A DNA stretch of 53,693 bases from a virus. A program made the translations under genes and the position numbers. The DNA lies in the UHGV virus genome UHGV-0129084. One strand, given 5' to 3'. Shown here piece after piece: positions 9,500-19,570 of the stretch. The first letter of the stretch is position 1; each line of letters starts with the position of its first letter. The notes beneath the pieces are model-generated. The model made no database searches, had not been told where the DNA came from, and saw nothing but the letters and a program-made list of their open reading frames with translations.

Positions 9500-11815
9500 T
9501 CAGATTTTGCAGGCTCCGTCGCACTCATCTTCTGGCTCGACGGCTACAGCTTGCGCCAGTGGATTCTGCGGTTCGTCGTCATCACGCTTTCCTGCACCAT
9601 CTCTGGTGTTGTGGTAATAAAGCGTTTTAACTCCCATCTTGTAGGCGAGAAGCAAATCTGACAGTAGCGTCATCATTGGGACTTTATCGCCTTCAAAGCG
9701 AGAAGGGTCATAGTTGGTATTGGCTGAAATAGCCTGGTCAAAGAACTTCTGGATGATCGCCACCTTTGTCAGATAGCCGCGGTTGTCCGGCATATCCCAC
9801 AGGTATTCATACTGTTCCTTCAGTTTTTCAAACTCAGGCACGACCATCTTAACGATGCCGTCCTTAGAAGATTTCACCGACACCGGGCCACGAGGCGGTT
9901 CGATGCCGTTGGTGGAATTAGTGATCTGGCTGGAAGTCTCGCATGGCATTTGTGCCGTCAGTGTGGAGTTGCGAAGGCCGTATTTTGCAATACGTTCACG
10001 CAGTTCTTCCCACGGCATCTTTAACTCAAAGTTGGTTTCGCCACTTTCGTCTAATGAAGAACGGTAATGGTCGATCGGCAACTGACCAATTGCGTATTTG
10101 GTCTGCTCAAACCAGTCACACTCACCTTTTGCTTCAGCAAGTCGGCAGCTGGCATCAAGAAGGTAATACTGGATAGCTTCGAATGTTTCATGCACCAGTT
10201 TATTGCCAGCGGTATCAGAATAACGAACGCCATTCTTTGCCAGGTAATAAGCAAAGTTGGTTACACCAATTCCCAAGCTACGACGAGCTTTGGCAGGCAC
10301 TTCGGCTGCCTCCATCGGATAGTCTTGATAATCCAGTAACGAATCCAGTGCAGCAACGGCATAGAACGCCACCTCTTTAAGAGACTCCAGTGAACGGATG
10401 GCTCCGAGGTTAAAAGCGGATAAAGTGCATAGCGCGATCTCACCGTTCGGGTCGTCGGTAAATGCCAGTGGACGGGTGGGTAGGGTGATCTCCATACACA
10501 GGTTTGACTGGCGGACAGGTGCAAGAGCAGGAATGAAAGCGCCATGCTCATTAATATGATCGACGTTCGCAATATAAATTCGGCCCGTGGACGCTCGTTC
10601 CTGCATCAGAGATGAGAACAGCTCAATGGCAGGTACTGACTTCTTGCGAATTGAATCATCGGCTTCGTATTTATGGTACAGCTTTTCAAACAGCTCCTGG
10701 TCTGTGAAGAAGGCTTCGTACATATCAGGCACATCATGCGGGCTGAACAGAGTGATGTTCTCGCTTCTGACGAGTCGACGGTACATTAGACGGTTACTCA
10801 TGACGCCGTAATCAAGATGGCGAACGCGGTTTTCATCAATACCACGGTTATTTTTCACCACCAGCAGACTTTCAACTTCAAGATGCCAGATCGGGTAAAA
10901 CGCTGTTGCTGCGCCACCACGAACACCACCTTGCGAACAAGATTTAACAGCCGTCTGGAAATGCTTCAGGAATGGAATAACTCCGGTATGGGTGGCTTCA
11001 CCATTGCGGATCTCGCTGCCCAGCGCACGGATACGGCCAAAACCAATACCAATTCCAGCACGACGTGAAACGTAGTCGATAATTGCGGCTGAAGCTGCAC
11101 TAATCCCTTTCAGACTATCGCCAGCTTCAATCAGCACACAACTGGAGAACTGACGGGTTGGAGTACGGACGCCGGCCATGATTGGTGTGGGCAGAGACAG
11201 TTTGAACGTACTTGTAACGTCATAGAAACCTTTGACCATCTCCATACGTGTTTTGCCAGCGCAGTCGTCTTCCCAATTCTGGAACAGACACATGCCTACC
11301 AGCATATAGATATGTTGCGGCCCCTCATGAATCTCACCAGTAACACGGTTTTGAACGAGGTATTTGCTTTGCAACTGCACCGTAGCTGCATAGCCAAAAA
11401 GATCGTCACGTTTAGGCTTAATGTAATTGCCGAGTTCTTCGATCTCTTCAAACGAATAATGTGTCAGCAAATCCTTGTCATAAACGCCCTTGTTAACGTT
11501 CTTGACAATGTGTTGGTAGAAGTTCGGATAGTCGTAACGACCGAAGGCATCTTTGCGGATTTTAAAAATGTTCAGGCGGGCAGCCACCTGTGAGTAATTT
11601 GGTGCTTCTGGTGAGATCAAATCAGCGGCAGATTTAACCAAAGCCTCATGCAACTGGCTGGTGGTCATCCCATCAAAAATGCTGGCCGCAGCTCCCATTG
11701 CTACAGCGGATGCGCTTACACCACGAATGCCTTCTACGCCATACATTACGACGCGGTTATATTTTTCTTCGGATAACGGCTCTGTTTGGCCGTTACGTTT
11801 TACGATGCTTATCAT
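9500..11815 (-). CDS. nrdA: Ribonucleotide reductase class Ia alpha subunit (NrdA)
   Basis: 771 aa; PTRQFSSCVLIE...SQGGVRGGAATAFYPIWHLEVESLLVVKNNRG near-identical to the E. coli NrdA active-site region. Confidence 0.92.
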   Translation of the reverse strand: MISIVKRNGQTEPLSEEKYNRVVMYGVEGIRGVSASAVAMGAAASIFDGMTTSQLHEALVKSAADLISPEAPNYSQVAARLNIFKIRKDAFGRYDYPNFYQHIVKNVNKGVYDKDLLTHYSFEEIEELGNYIKPKRDDLFGYAATVQLQSKYLVQNRVTGEIHEGPQHIYMLVGMCLFQNWEDDCAGKTRMEMVKGFYDVTSTFKLSLPTPIMAGVRTPTRQFSSCVLIEAGDSLKGISAASAAIIDYVSRRAGIGIGFGRIRALGSEIRNGEATHTGVIPFLKHFQTAVKSCSQGGVRGGAATAFYPIWHLEVESLLVVKNNRGIDENRVRHLDYGVMSNRLMYRRLVRSENITLFSPHDVPDMYEAFFTDQELFEKLYHKYEADDSIRKKSVPAIELFSSLMQERASTGRIYIANVDHINEHGAFIPALAPVRQSNLCMEITLPTRPLAFTDDPNGEIALCTLSAFNLGAIRSLESLKEVAFYAVAALDSLLDYQDYPMEAAEVPAKARRSLGIGVTNFAYYLAKNGVRYSDTAGNKLVHETFEAIQYYLLDASCRLAEAKGECDWFEQTKYAIGQLPIDHYRSSLDESGETNFELKMPWEELRERIAKYGLRNSTLTAQMPCETSSQITNSTNGIEPPRGPVSVKSSKDGIVKMVVPEFEKLKEQYEYLWDMPDNRGYLTKVAIIQKFFDQAISANTNYDPSRFEGDKVPMMTLLSDLLLAYKMGVKTLYYHNTRDGAGKRDDDEPQNPLAQAVAVEPEDECDGACKI

Positions 11816-11832
11816 GTATCACCAAATAAAGA

Positions 11833-11855
11833 GGGCCACTAAATATAGTGGCCCA
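11833..11855 (-). terminator. Rho-independent terminator after the RuvC-like gene
   Basis: GGGCCACTA-AATAT-TAGTGGCCC hairpin followed on the minus strand by TCTTTATTT. Confidence 0.55.
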
Positions 11856-11888
11856 TGTTAATAGATAAGTACCTACCTATCAATGAAA

Positions 11889-12458
11889 TCAAATGAGAGA
11901 CTTAAGAACATCGCGCACCTGGCGGAACTGATCTGTTTGCATACCGGTATGGATGGCAGCCACCGCATCAGCCAAATGTTCGTTTTTGTTCACGAGAACA
12001 TCCTGTCCAGATTGCTTACGACGCAGCCACGGTGCTTTAGGGTGTTTTTTCGTAGCCCACTGGATAATCTCTTCTTTCGATGTAGTAAGTTTATTGCCGA
12101 CAAAATGCTTAATTTCGTTTGGAGTAACCTGGATCAATGGCTTATCCACACACGCAAGTACACCGATACAAATACCGTAAGACGTCTGCGAACGAGAGTT
12201 TTGGCTCCCAACCGGTAGCTCACAAAAAACCATATTTGCCTTATCAATGATTGGCTTCGCAACACGCCATATTTCACTGGCGCGGCGCAGATCGTCACTG
12301 TTCACACGAACGGTCTTTTTGTTACTCCCCGCTTTAGTCTCAACAAGAGTAAGGCCGTGAATCTCAAGTTCGTCCGTCTCAAGGTCTAAAGTGCCCACAG
12401 CAAGCCCAAAGTTGCTCATTGAGGGATCAACACCAACTACGCTGATTTTTTTACTCAT
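11889..12458 (-). CDS. RuvC-like Holliday junction resolvase
   Basis: 189 aa; N-terminal VVGVDPSMSNFGLAV and C-terminal HLADAVAAIHTG match the RuvC/RNase H-fold catalytic segments. Confidence 0.6.
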   Translation of the reverse strand: MSKKISVVGVDPSMSNFGLAVGTLDLETDELEIHGLTLVETKAGSNKKTVRVNSDDLRRASEIWRVAKPIIDKANMVFCELPVGSQNSRSQTSYGICIGVLACVDKPLIQVTPNEIKHFVGNKLTTSKEEIIQWATKKHPKAPWLRRKQSGQDVLVNKNEHLADAVAAIHTGMQTDQFRQVRDVLKSLI

Positions 12459-13210
12459 ATAGTCTCCTTACCATGTTCCCCATATAGGGTTTCCAATAAT
12501 CTCGCCTCCAACGAATTGGCTACTATTGCCGTTTGCAACGTTGGTTGGGGATAGTTTGCAAAGTCTGAATACTCATTTTCCTGCGTGACACGTTTATCTG
12601 CGGCATGTTTAACACCACTTGCTATGAAATGACGCATGATGCCCAATAGCCTCCGACTGTCTGCACTATCGTTTGCTAAAACATGAGGGAGCTGAAGTTC
12701 GATTTCTACCATTTCTCCATACTTACCAACAAACTGTAGTTTGTCCGCACTGTACTTTTTATCCCTCCTTTGGATAAGGAAACCAGTAAAAGCATCACCT
12801 GGCGATGCCAAACTATCCACCCGCTTATTGGCAAGTCGAATAAGGTTCGTGAAAGCCATACAGTGATGCGCACCCATTCCCCCAAAGAACCCTTCGCTAT
12901 TAATGTTAAGATCTTCAGTTTCATGGGATGCAATAAACCCAGGCCCGACGTTGGGAAGATATCCCCCCTCAACAAAAGGATTAATCAGGATCGGCGCAAT
13001 ACATCCAGGTGGTAGTGATTTCAAACTTTGCATCAATGGCGTCTCGGATATTAGACCAAGCAACGCGGCGAATTGTACTCCGTCAATATTGTTGCTGCCC
13101 CACAGAATACGTGGAGCCGCACCATTGGAAGTATGCCCATTGATCAGTTTTATCGACTGCATCACTGCAAATACCTGCAAAAACTGCGAGCGGCTTAATT
13201 TAAACGACAT
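12455..13210 (-). CDS. Hypothetical protein (251 aa), co-operonic with recombination/repair genes
   Basis: Overlaps the SbcC-like stop and RuvC-like start (ATGA); no motif assigned. Confidence 0.45.
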   Translation of the reverse strand: MSFKLSRSQFLQVFAVMQSIKLINGHTSNGAAPRILWGSNNIDGVQFAALLGLISETPLMQSLKSLPPGCIAPILINPFVEGGYLPNVGPGFIASHETEDLNINSEGFFGGMGAHHCMAFTNLIRLANKRVDSLASPGDAFTGFLIQRRDKKYSADKLQFVGKYGEMVEIELQLPHVLANDSADSRRLLGIMRHFIASGVKHAADKRVTQENEYSDFANYPQPTLQTAIVANSLEARLLETLYGEHGKETI

Positions 13211-15116
13211 AGCTGCGCCCCTCTTTAACTTCCAGCGTAATAGTTTCCCGGAACCATGACTTCATCTCTTTATGGGAGATAATCAGCACAGTACCTCGCT
13301 CGCGAGCTTTGGACTCCAGAATACCCATGAGGCGTTCAAGACCGGCTGTATCGAGTGCATCGTCAATTTCGTCGCCGATAAACAAATCGATGTTTTTACT
13401 CGCCCGGTTACTAACCAGATCCTGCAATGCCAAAGAACACGCAATGCGAACCTTCCGCTTCTCACCACCAGAGAGGGTCTGGAACGACTTACTTGAACCT
13501 TTCTTCTGCACACTAATGTTGAATTTGTCGCGATACTCACCTTTTTTAGTGACATCCATCGTCGACCACTCAGCAGTAATATTCCCGTCAGACAACGTAT
13601 TGAGATACTCGGCAGTGCGTGTATTCAGGAAAGGCGTAACAGACGTCAAAATATGAGAACGCACCCCGGCAGGAGAGTAGACCTGACGAGCTTTTTCCAA
13701 TAGCAACGTTTGTTCCTGAATAGCCTTCAACTCATCTTTTAAGGACTTGAAGGTAGACTTACTGGATACCAAGTTATCTTCGTGTCTGGCGATAAGAGCA
13801 ATAAACGGATTAATCTCTTTTGATATACGATCGACCTCAGTACGAGCACGAGTCACAAGAGACTCAATAGCAACAACCTCCTTCTCACGATGACGCAAAG
13901 ATGAGAGTTGTTTCGTAAGCTCTTCAATCCGGGCAATGATAGCCGTTACATCAGGTGTCGTTTTAACAAGGGCAGACTCAATGCTTAACGCTTTCTCAAG
14001 ATTCGTTTTGTGTTTAGCCATTGCCTCTGCAAGTGTCTTCGCCTGACCAATTTCCTGACGTGCTTGTTCAATGAAACTCTCCTTCACCGTTGATAGATCT
14101 TCTTCGCAGTAGGCTTTGCCACAAGTAGGGCATGGTGATCCCACTTTAGTACCAACCTCTTCTGCTTTGGTCTTAAAATTACGCGCGCGGTTCATTGCAT
14201 CAGCCTGACTATTTTCTGTAGCTTTGATGCTTGCCCGAATATCAGTTATCGCACCACGAACTTTGAGCAACTTGGCGTCATGTTCTTCTTTTGAGGCTAA
14301 CTTTTTGCGCTCACTTTCGATTGCCTTCTCGGTATCACGTATCTGTTCGGGAAGAGTGCGGATCTCAAGTTCAACTTCCGTTAACTCAACTTCGGCACTG
14401 GCCAGCCCAGCCAGGGCATCGTCATAACGTTTAGAACGCTCTTGCTCCCATGATTCAGAGGAGGCTTTCGCTGACTCAATTTCTGACTGTGTTGCCTCAA
14501 TGGTCGAGATTGTCGACTCCAATTTGGTTTTAACCACATCCATACGTGCGGCAGCTGCATTAGCTCGCTCACGAGCAATAGCGTAGGCGCGTGTCAGTCT
14601 GTCAACGCCAGCGGCTTCTTCTACGATGGTTTTGAGGTTTTTGTCGGACATTCCAGGTAAATCTGGCATAGCTTCTTGGCTCGCATAGATGGAAGCCATG
14701 AAAACCTCTTTAGATGCACCGATCAGACGCTCGACGAACTCCTGCGTCAGCGCATCTTTGCCTTTCGTCATATCGCCATCTTCACCACGAACGATAAGAC
14801 GATTTTTGAACTCTTTGTGTTTACGGTGACGAATGATTGCGTATCTCTTGCCTTCATCCTCGATGGTTACTGCAACACGACAGTTCTTTTCATGGTCGGT
14901 AGACAACACATCGTCACCCTTCACACCATGAGCTGTTTCGCCATAAAGACACCACATCAGGCTATTCATTAGAGTTGACTTTCCAGAGCCATTACTTGAT
15001 GCGGAACTATCATCACTATTAACACCCTGAATAAGCACTAAACCACGCTGATCTAACTCGACCTCCGCGCTGGCGATAGCCATAAAATTCTCAACCTGGA
15101 GCTTTAAAAACTTCAT
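13200..15116 (-). CDS. SbcC/Rad50-like ATPase (T4 gp46-like recombination nuclease subunit)
   Basis: 638 aa; Walker A SNGSGKST, long central coiled coil, ABC signature LSGGEKRKVRIA, Walker B LFIGDEIDDALD. Confidence 0.8.
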   Translation of the reverse strand: MKFLKLQVENFMAIASAEVELDQRGLVLIQGVNSDDSSASSNGSGKSTLMNSLMWCLYGETAHGVKGDDVLSTDHEKNCRVAVTIEDEGKRYAIIRHRKHKEFKNRLIVRGEDGDMTKGKDALTQEFVERLIGASKEVFMASIYASQEAMPDLPGMSDKNLKTIVEEAAGVDRLTRAYAIARERANAAAARMDVVKTKLESTISTIEATQSEIESAKASSESWEQERSKRYDDALAGLASAEVELTEVELEIRTLPEQIRDTEKAIESERKKLASKEEHDAKLLKVRGAITDIRASIKATENSQADAMNRARNFKTKAEEVGTKVGSPCPTCGKAYCEEDLSTVKESFIEQARQEIGQAKTLAEAMAKHKTNLEKALSIESALVKTTPDVTAIIARIEELTKQLSSLRHREKEVVAIESLVTRARTEVDRISKEINPFIALIARHEDNLVSSKSTFKSLKDELKAIQEQTLLLEKARQVYSPAGVRSHILTSVTPFLNTRTAEYLNTLSDGNITAEWSTMDVTKKGEYRDKFNISVQKKGSSKSFQTLSGGEKRKVRIACSLALQDLVSNRASKNIDLFIGDEIDDALDTAGLERLMGILESKARERGTVLIISHKEMKSWFRETITLEVKEGRSYVV

Positions 15117-15391
15117 ATAACACCTTTGATACCGTGTGTTAGCTTTTGACCTTCTTTCAATCTGAACTCCGTATGCGCCGGGAAGGATCTGCGCCTCAAT
15201 ACGCCTTTTCTTGTTAACCTTCCAAGATAAAACGCTACGGGATTTCCTTGTGGCGGGTAGGGCTTGTGAAACATCACCGTCTGGCCTCGTTCAAGTCTTT
15301 TCATCGTGATGGCAAAGTCTCGAAAGCTCCCATAACGACTTTGCTTCACACAGCCTCCGAACTCTCCGCTTCGGTGAGGATTTCCTGACAC
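15113..15391 (-). CDS. Small basic hypothetical ORF (92 aa), doubtful
   Basis: Fills the SbcD/SbcC gap but overlaps the SbcD 3' end by 46 nt; may be spurious or use an internal start. Confidence 0.2.
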   Translation of the reverse strand: MSGNPHRSGEFGGCVKQSRYGSFRDFAITMKRLERGQTVMFHKPYPPQGNPVAFYLGRLTRKGVLRRRSFPAHTEFRLKEGQKLTHGIKGVI

Positions 15392-16431
15392 AAAATATCC
15401 AATTTGCTCAGATCAAATCCGCCGTCAGTATCGTGGACAATCTTGCAATAAGCAGATACCGACTCTCCCAGGCTATCGATTTTGCTGGTTTCAGTTGTGC
15501 TGGCTGTACCTTCCATCATTGATGACTTACGGATGAAGTTGCACACGACACCTTTTGCACCCATTGTTTTGAGGATGTTCTGGTACTTAATGCCTTCTTC
15601 ATCGTTCTCAATTACGGCGCGGAAACGCACGTAGTTGCCGCGAATTTGGTCATCAGCAACATCATCTTCCAGGTTAATGAATTTAGGCGCACTGGTTTCG
15701 TAGTGACTGAAACTGCCGTCCGGGTTTACGATCATGTAGCCAGCCAGAGATCCAACATCTCCCCAATTTTGATGAGTCAGTGCACCGACACTGATAACTC
15801 CAGGAATGACCTCTTTGTGGTTGTGGTAATGCCCACTAAGCACGAGACGAAAGCCGATATCCTTTAACTCCTGCGCATCGATACCGACGTCAGGCATTGT
15901 TGGAATGGCTTTGTTAATGGATGTATGGATAACAACGTCATGATTATCACCTTCTACGCTCTTACGTAATGCTTTCAGATCGCTGATAAGCTCCGCATGA
16001 TTGTTACGCCAGCTAATCAGGTGGACAGTCACATCACCAATTTTTATTGAGTGTGGGCGCTTGCCACATACGATTACCACGCCGATAGAACTCAGCGATG
16101 CTGCTGCGTTGGCGCTATATACTGAATCGTTGGTTTCAAGATCGTGATTACCGGCCAGCATTACTACTGTCAGATCAAGCTCGTTGATAATCCACTTGTA
16201 CGTTTCAGTTACGTAATGCAAAACAGAAGGGGACACAGTTCCTCGGACGTGAAATGTATCACCGGCAACCAACATGTACTTACAACCGGCCTTCTTCATG
16301 GCGATGGCTGCTTCTTTCGTTGCTTCCAACTGTATTTCAAGTCTGGAGTTAAGCCCCTCAGCGTTCGTCGTGGAGAACGCATCCCATTTGTGGTAGTGGC
16401 AGTCAGAAATGACGCCGTATGGCAAAGTCAT
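15346..16431 (-). CDS. SbcD/Mre11-like nuclease (T4 gp47-like)
   Basis: 361 aa; calcineurin-like phosphoesterase motifs LVAGDTFH, AGNHD, SGHYHNH; conserved initiation region upstream. Confidence 0.8.
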   Translation of the reverse strand: MTLPYGVISDCHYHKWDAFSTTNAEGLNSRLEIQLEATKEAAIAMKKAGCKYMLVAGDTFHVRGTVSPSVLHYVTETYKWIINELDLTVVMLAGNHDLETNDSVYSANAAASLSSIGVVIVCGKRPHSIKIGDVTVHLISWRNNHAELISDLKALRKSVEGDNHDVVIHTSINKAIPTMPDVGIDAQELKDIGFRLVLSGHYHNHKEVIPGVISVGALTHQNWGDVGSLAGYMIVNPDGSFSHYETSAPKFINLEDDVADDQIRGNYVRFRAVIENDEEGIKYQNILKTMGAKGVVCNFIRKSSMMEGTASTTETSKIDSLGESVSAYCKIVHDTDGGFDLSKLDILCQEILTEAESSEAV

Positions 16432-16685
16432 GTGTTTTTCCTTTGTGGTTATTTTGATACAAATTCTAAGAGCAATGAGGAGGTAAACAACTATGCATAA
16501 CGGTATGTTAGGAATGAAACGAGCGCCTTAATATACAAAATTTATAAGTAAGTATATACCTATTTATCGTGGCGCAACTTTGCTTGTCTGTATGACTAAA
16601 AATAAGACAGGATCACTGTAGAACGCTATGAGAGCTATTTTGAGGGGGCGTAGATTCTATCTACGCCAATATACGATCTGGAGGG

Positions 16686-17330
16686 TTACAGCGCGTCAGT
16701 GGGCTTTTTACGCGCTGCATTTATGCTTATGACGCCAGCTTTTGGACGTGGGTCAACAAGGTTAAGCTCTTCTTCACTGTGGTATTCGAGGTCGAACTCA
16801 CGTTTTACATGTCTGATGTAGATTGCGGTGAGCAGGCTATCTTTGGTCAGAAAGTGTCCGTAGGATTTGCGGATCACTTCTTCTACCTTCTCGATTTTCT
16901 CACCACCCATACAGAGATGATTAAACCGGCTGTGTTTCCGCAACATTTCGTCTACTGGGCCTGAGTAAACCTTGTCTACTTTCCCAAAACGGATGATTTT
17001 CCCTGTGTCTGCGGATACGAGGCAAATCAGCTTGTCTGGTGATAAACGATCTCGCCACGTCACACCTGAACGGAGTGTGTTGAAGTAGGGAGCATCCAAT
17101 CCGATGATCGGTTTGCGAAATGCGAGCAATGGAACGTACCTGATGCAACTGTTTAAATGAAAATTCACACCAGCCTTATCAAGTTTAATTCTGGTTTCGT
17201 AGATCGGGCACTTCGCCGCTATACCGCAGATGTCACAAAGCAACTTCTGCTTATTCAGGTTGGAATTTGATTCGATAGTGTAGGAGCCGTCCTCAAGACG
17301 ACGAACCCAGCGCGTGCGTTTTAGATCCAT
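16686..17330 (-). CDS. Hypothetical protein (214 aa)
   Basis: Intact ORF adjacent to the replicon origin; no recognised motif. Confidence 0.4.
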   Translation of the reverse strand: MDLKRTRWVRRLEDGSYTIESNSNLNKQKLLCDICGIAAKCPIYETRIKLDKAGVNFHLNSCIRYVPLLAFRKPIIGLDAPYFNTLRSGVTWRDRLSPDKLICLVSADTGKIIRFGKVDKVYSGPVDEMLRKHSRFNHLCMGGEKIEKVEEVIRKSYGHFLTKDSLLTAIYIRHVKREFDLEYHSEEELNLVDPRPKAGVISINAARKKPTDAL

Positions 17331-17430
17331 AATCGTTTTTTCAGTAGTTATTGGCCGATGCTACGATAACTCATTAGGCATACCTTAATCTGCATTTGCC
17401 TGTTTACTTATCCCAGTTATCCACTGGATA

Positions 17431-17488
17431 GATCCAAATAAGAGATCCCAAGTAAGATCAAATAGAAGATCCAAAGAGATCCCCGATC
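17431..17488. promoter_or_regulatory. Cluster of six GATC (Dam) sites in AGATCC(A/C) heptamer-like repeats
   Basis: GATC at 17431, 17444, 17456, 17468, 17478, 17485 within 58 bp; resembles the methylation-sensitive GATC cluster of P1-type origins. Confidence 0.6.
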
Positions 17489-17529
17489 GCCTCTAGCCGT
17501 TGCGGTTACTGGTCTGAAAGGGTGTTGCC

Positions 17530-17631
17530 ATCCACTATGGAGAGCAAAGAAACCTCTGTAGAGAGCTGAATAACCGCTATGAAGAGTAAAACAACCACTC
17601 TGGAGAGCTGTATATATCCACTGTAGAGAGT
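17530..17631 (+). repeat. Iteron array A (5 copies, 21-23 bp period)
   Basis: 16-mers ATCCACTATGGAGAGC, AACCTCTGTAGAGAGC, AACCGCTATGAAGAGT, AACCACTCTGGAGAGC, ATCCACTGTAGAGAGT starting at 17530, 17551, 17572, 17593, 17616. Confidence 0.7.
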
Positions 17632-17742
17632 AGAGCACATTGTCTTTTATGGATAACTTAATGACTTAATTCTTCATTAACATACTGATATACATAGATA
17701 TATTTTAAACTCTACTCTTAGTCATGATTCTTATGTCCTTAA

Positions 17743-17797
17743 ATATCCACAGAAGAGTAGAGTTACCTGTTCTTGAAATCCTCTGATTTTTATCCAC
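17743..17797 (+). promoter_or_regulatory. Two DnaA-box-like 9-mers in an AT-rich stretch
   Basis: ATATCCACA at 17743-17751 and TTATCCACA at 17789-17797 (consensus TTATCCACA) inside the AT-rich region 17640-17800. Confidence 0.55.
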
Positions 17798-17910
17798 AGG
17801 CCCGATCCAGTAATTCAGATCACAAAGAGAACCAAATAGACCCATAAAGACCCAATAAGATCCCCGCCCACCTCAAACCGTTGTGCCATCTGCCTTCAGA
17901 CATGATCGAT

Positions 17911-18032
17911 ATCCACTATAGAGAGCGAATAATCCACTATAGGGAGCAAAGCAACCACTATAGAGAGGAGAAAAACCACTATAGACGGTAGGATAACCGC
18001 TGTGATGAGTGCTACTATCCACTGTAATCAGC
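17911..18032 (+). repeat. Iteron array B (6 copies, 21-22 bp period) immediately upstream of repA
   Basis: ATCCACTATAGAGAGC, ATCCACTATAGGGAGC, AACCACTATAGAGAGG, AACCACTATAGACGGT, AACCGCTGTGATGAGT, ATCCACTGTAATCAGC starting at 17911, 17932, 17953, 17974, 17995, 18017. Confidence 0.75.
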
Positions 18033-18072
18033 AAAGGCCACCAAAGCCGTCGAATAACAAGAGACATTTGGA

Positions 18073-19128
18073 ATGAGCGAAAACGGCAATAAAAACATAG
18101 CGATCGTTGAAGCATTTTCAGAAACAGATAAAAAGACAGGCGAAGTTGTTACGTTGGTTCCTAACACTAATAACACTGTTCAGCCTGTTGCTTTGATGCG
18201 TCTGGGCCTCTTCGTTCCGACGCTGAAATCGACATCCAGAGGAAGAAAGGGGCAAATGGTCTCTATGGATGCCTCTGCTGAACTCAAACAGCTGTCTCTG
18301 GCAAAAGCCGAAGGGTACGAAGACATAAGGATCTCTGGCCTTCGGCTTGATATGGATAACGACTTTAAAACGTGGGTGGGAATAATCCACGCGTTTGCCA
18401 AACACAAGGTCGTTGGCGATACTGTCACGTTGCCGTTCGTTGAGTTTGTAAGGCTGTGTGGCATTCCGACCGCCAGGTCATCAGCGAAGTTACGCAAACG
18501 CCTGGACAGTTCGCTAAGCCGTATTGCCACAAATACCATCTCGTTCCGTAGCAAAGGCTCTGATGAGTTTTACGTAACGCATCTTGTGCAAACGGCAAAA
18601 TATAGTGTCAAGCACGATACGGTCGAACTGAAAGCAGATCCCAAGATTTTCGAACTCTACCAGTTCGACAAAAAGGTTCTTCTGCAACTCCGGGCTATAA
18701 ACGAACTCTCAAGAAAAGAATCCGCTCAGGCGCTTTATACTTTTATTGAAAGTTTGCCGCCTGATCCGGCACCAATATCACTAGCCCGTTTACGCGCCAG
18801 ACTTAATCTGACAAGTCGCACTATTACTCAGAATGCGACGGTAAGAAAGGCTATGGAACAGCTGCGAGAGATAGGATATCTCGATTACACGGAAGTTAAG
18901 CGCGGAAACTCGGTCTACTTCGTCATCCACTATAGGCGGCCAAAGTTACGCCAGGCACAAATATCAACAAAAATCGATAATGATGAGACGGAATATAGCC
19001 TCCCAGATGAGAATCAAGATGACATTATCGACGTTGTGCCTGACGAAAAAGAAGGCAAAATGGTCATGTTGAGTAAAGAAGAACTGGCGCTTCTCGAAGA
19101 GTTGCGCAAGGCAAAGACTCGCAAATAG
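18073..19128 (+). CDS. repA: Plasmid replication initiator RepA (P1/RepFIB-type, iteron-binding)
   Basis: 351 aa; [41 protein letters not shown] match what I recall of P1 RepA; flanked on both sides by iteron arrays. Confidence 0.8.
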   Translation: MSENGNKNIAIVEAFSETDKKTGEVVTLVPNTNNTVQPVALMRLGLFVPTLKSTSRGRKGQMVSMDASAELKQLSLAKAEGYEDIRISGLRLDMDNDFKTWVGIIHAFAKHKVVGDTVTLPFVEFVRLCGIPTARSSAKLRKRLDSSLSRIATNTISFRSKGSDEFYVTHLVQTAKYSVKHDTVELKADPKIFELYQFDKKVLLQLRAINELSRKESAQALYTFIESLPPDPAPISLARLRARLNLTSRTITQNATVRKAMEQLREIGYLDYTEVKRGNSVYFVIHYRRPKLRQAQISTKIDNDETEYSLPDENQDDIIDVVPDEKEGKMVMLSKEELALLEELRKAKTRK

Positions 19129-19130
19129 CC

Positions 19131-19570
19131 CAACCACTGTAGTTAGTAGTAAGGCTCACTATCCACTGTAGTGAGCCTTACTTATATCTGTAATTCGCTA
19201 TCCACTATAGTGAGTATCGTTATCTGTTGATAACCACTGTAGGCAGTAGAATGCAAATACTGAATTAAATGTTAGTGATCACTAACACTGATGAAACAAG
19301 GGCTGCGAGGTTAGTGGTCACTGGGTATCTTGGAAAATTTACTGTCTATAGTGGTTGTTGTCGCCCTCATCTTTGAGCGTATCCACTGTGGCGAGTGGAT
19401 ATCCACTGAAAACAGCAAAGGCTTACTCACCATAGTGGTTGTTTGATGCGAATGAAAGGCTGTCTACTCGCTACAGTGGTTAGCAGATATGTAGGAAGGT
19501 TTTGTTACTGACTACAGTGGATAATGAGCTGGATACGAATGCGGTGAGCTGGCTACTCACCGCAGTGGTT
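19131..19570. repeat. Iteron array C downstream of repA (incA-like), copies in both orientations
   Basis: About 12 CCACTGTAG / CCACTATAG / CTACAGTGG / CCATAGTGG / CGCAGTGG cores, several embedded in short palindromes (e.g. AAGGCTCACT..AGTGAGCCTT). Confidence 0.65.

Noticed and set aside
6029-11815. Possible group I introns in thyA or nrd genes, as in phage T4
   Set aside because: All three ORFs are continuous with conserved motifs in the expected order; the ThyA insertions are in-frame protein sequence, not interrupted coding.
12455-13210. 2H-phosphoesterase (LigT/Acb1-like) assignment based on two His-x-Thr/Ser pairs (GHTS, SHET)
   Set aside because: The residues after His are not hydrophobic as in true H-x-T/S-x motifs and the spacing is unverified; too weak to call.
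17530-18032. Regularly spaced 16-bp repeats with 5-bp spacers resembling a miniature CRISPR array
   Set aside because: Repeat unit (16 bp) and spacer (5 bp) are far too short; 21-bp period equals two helical turns; no cas genes; arrays flank repA and match iteron organisation.
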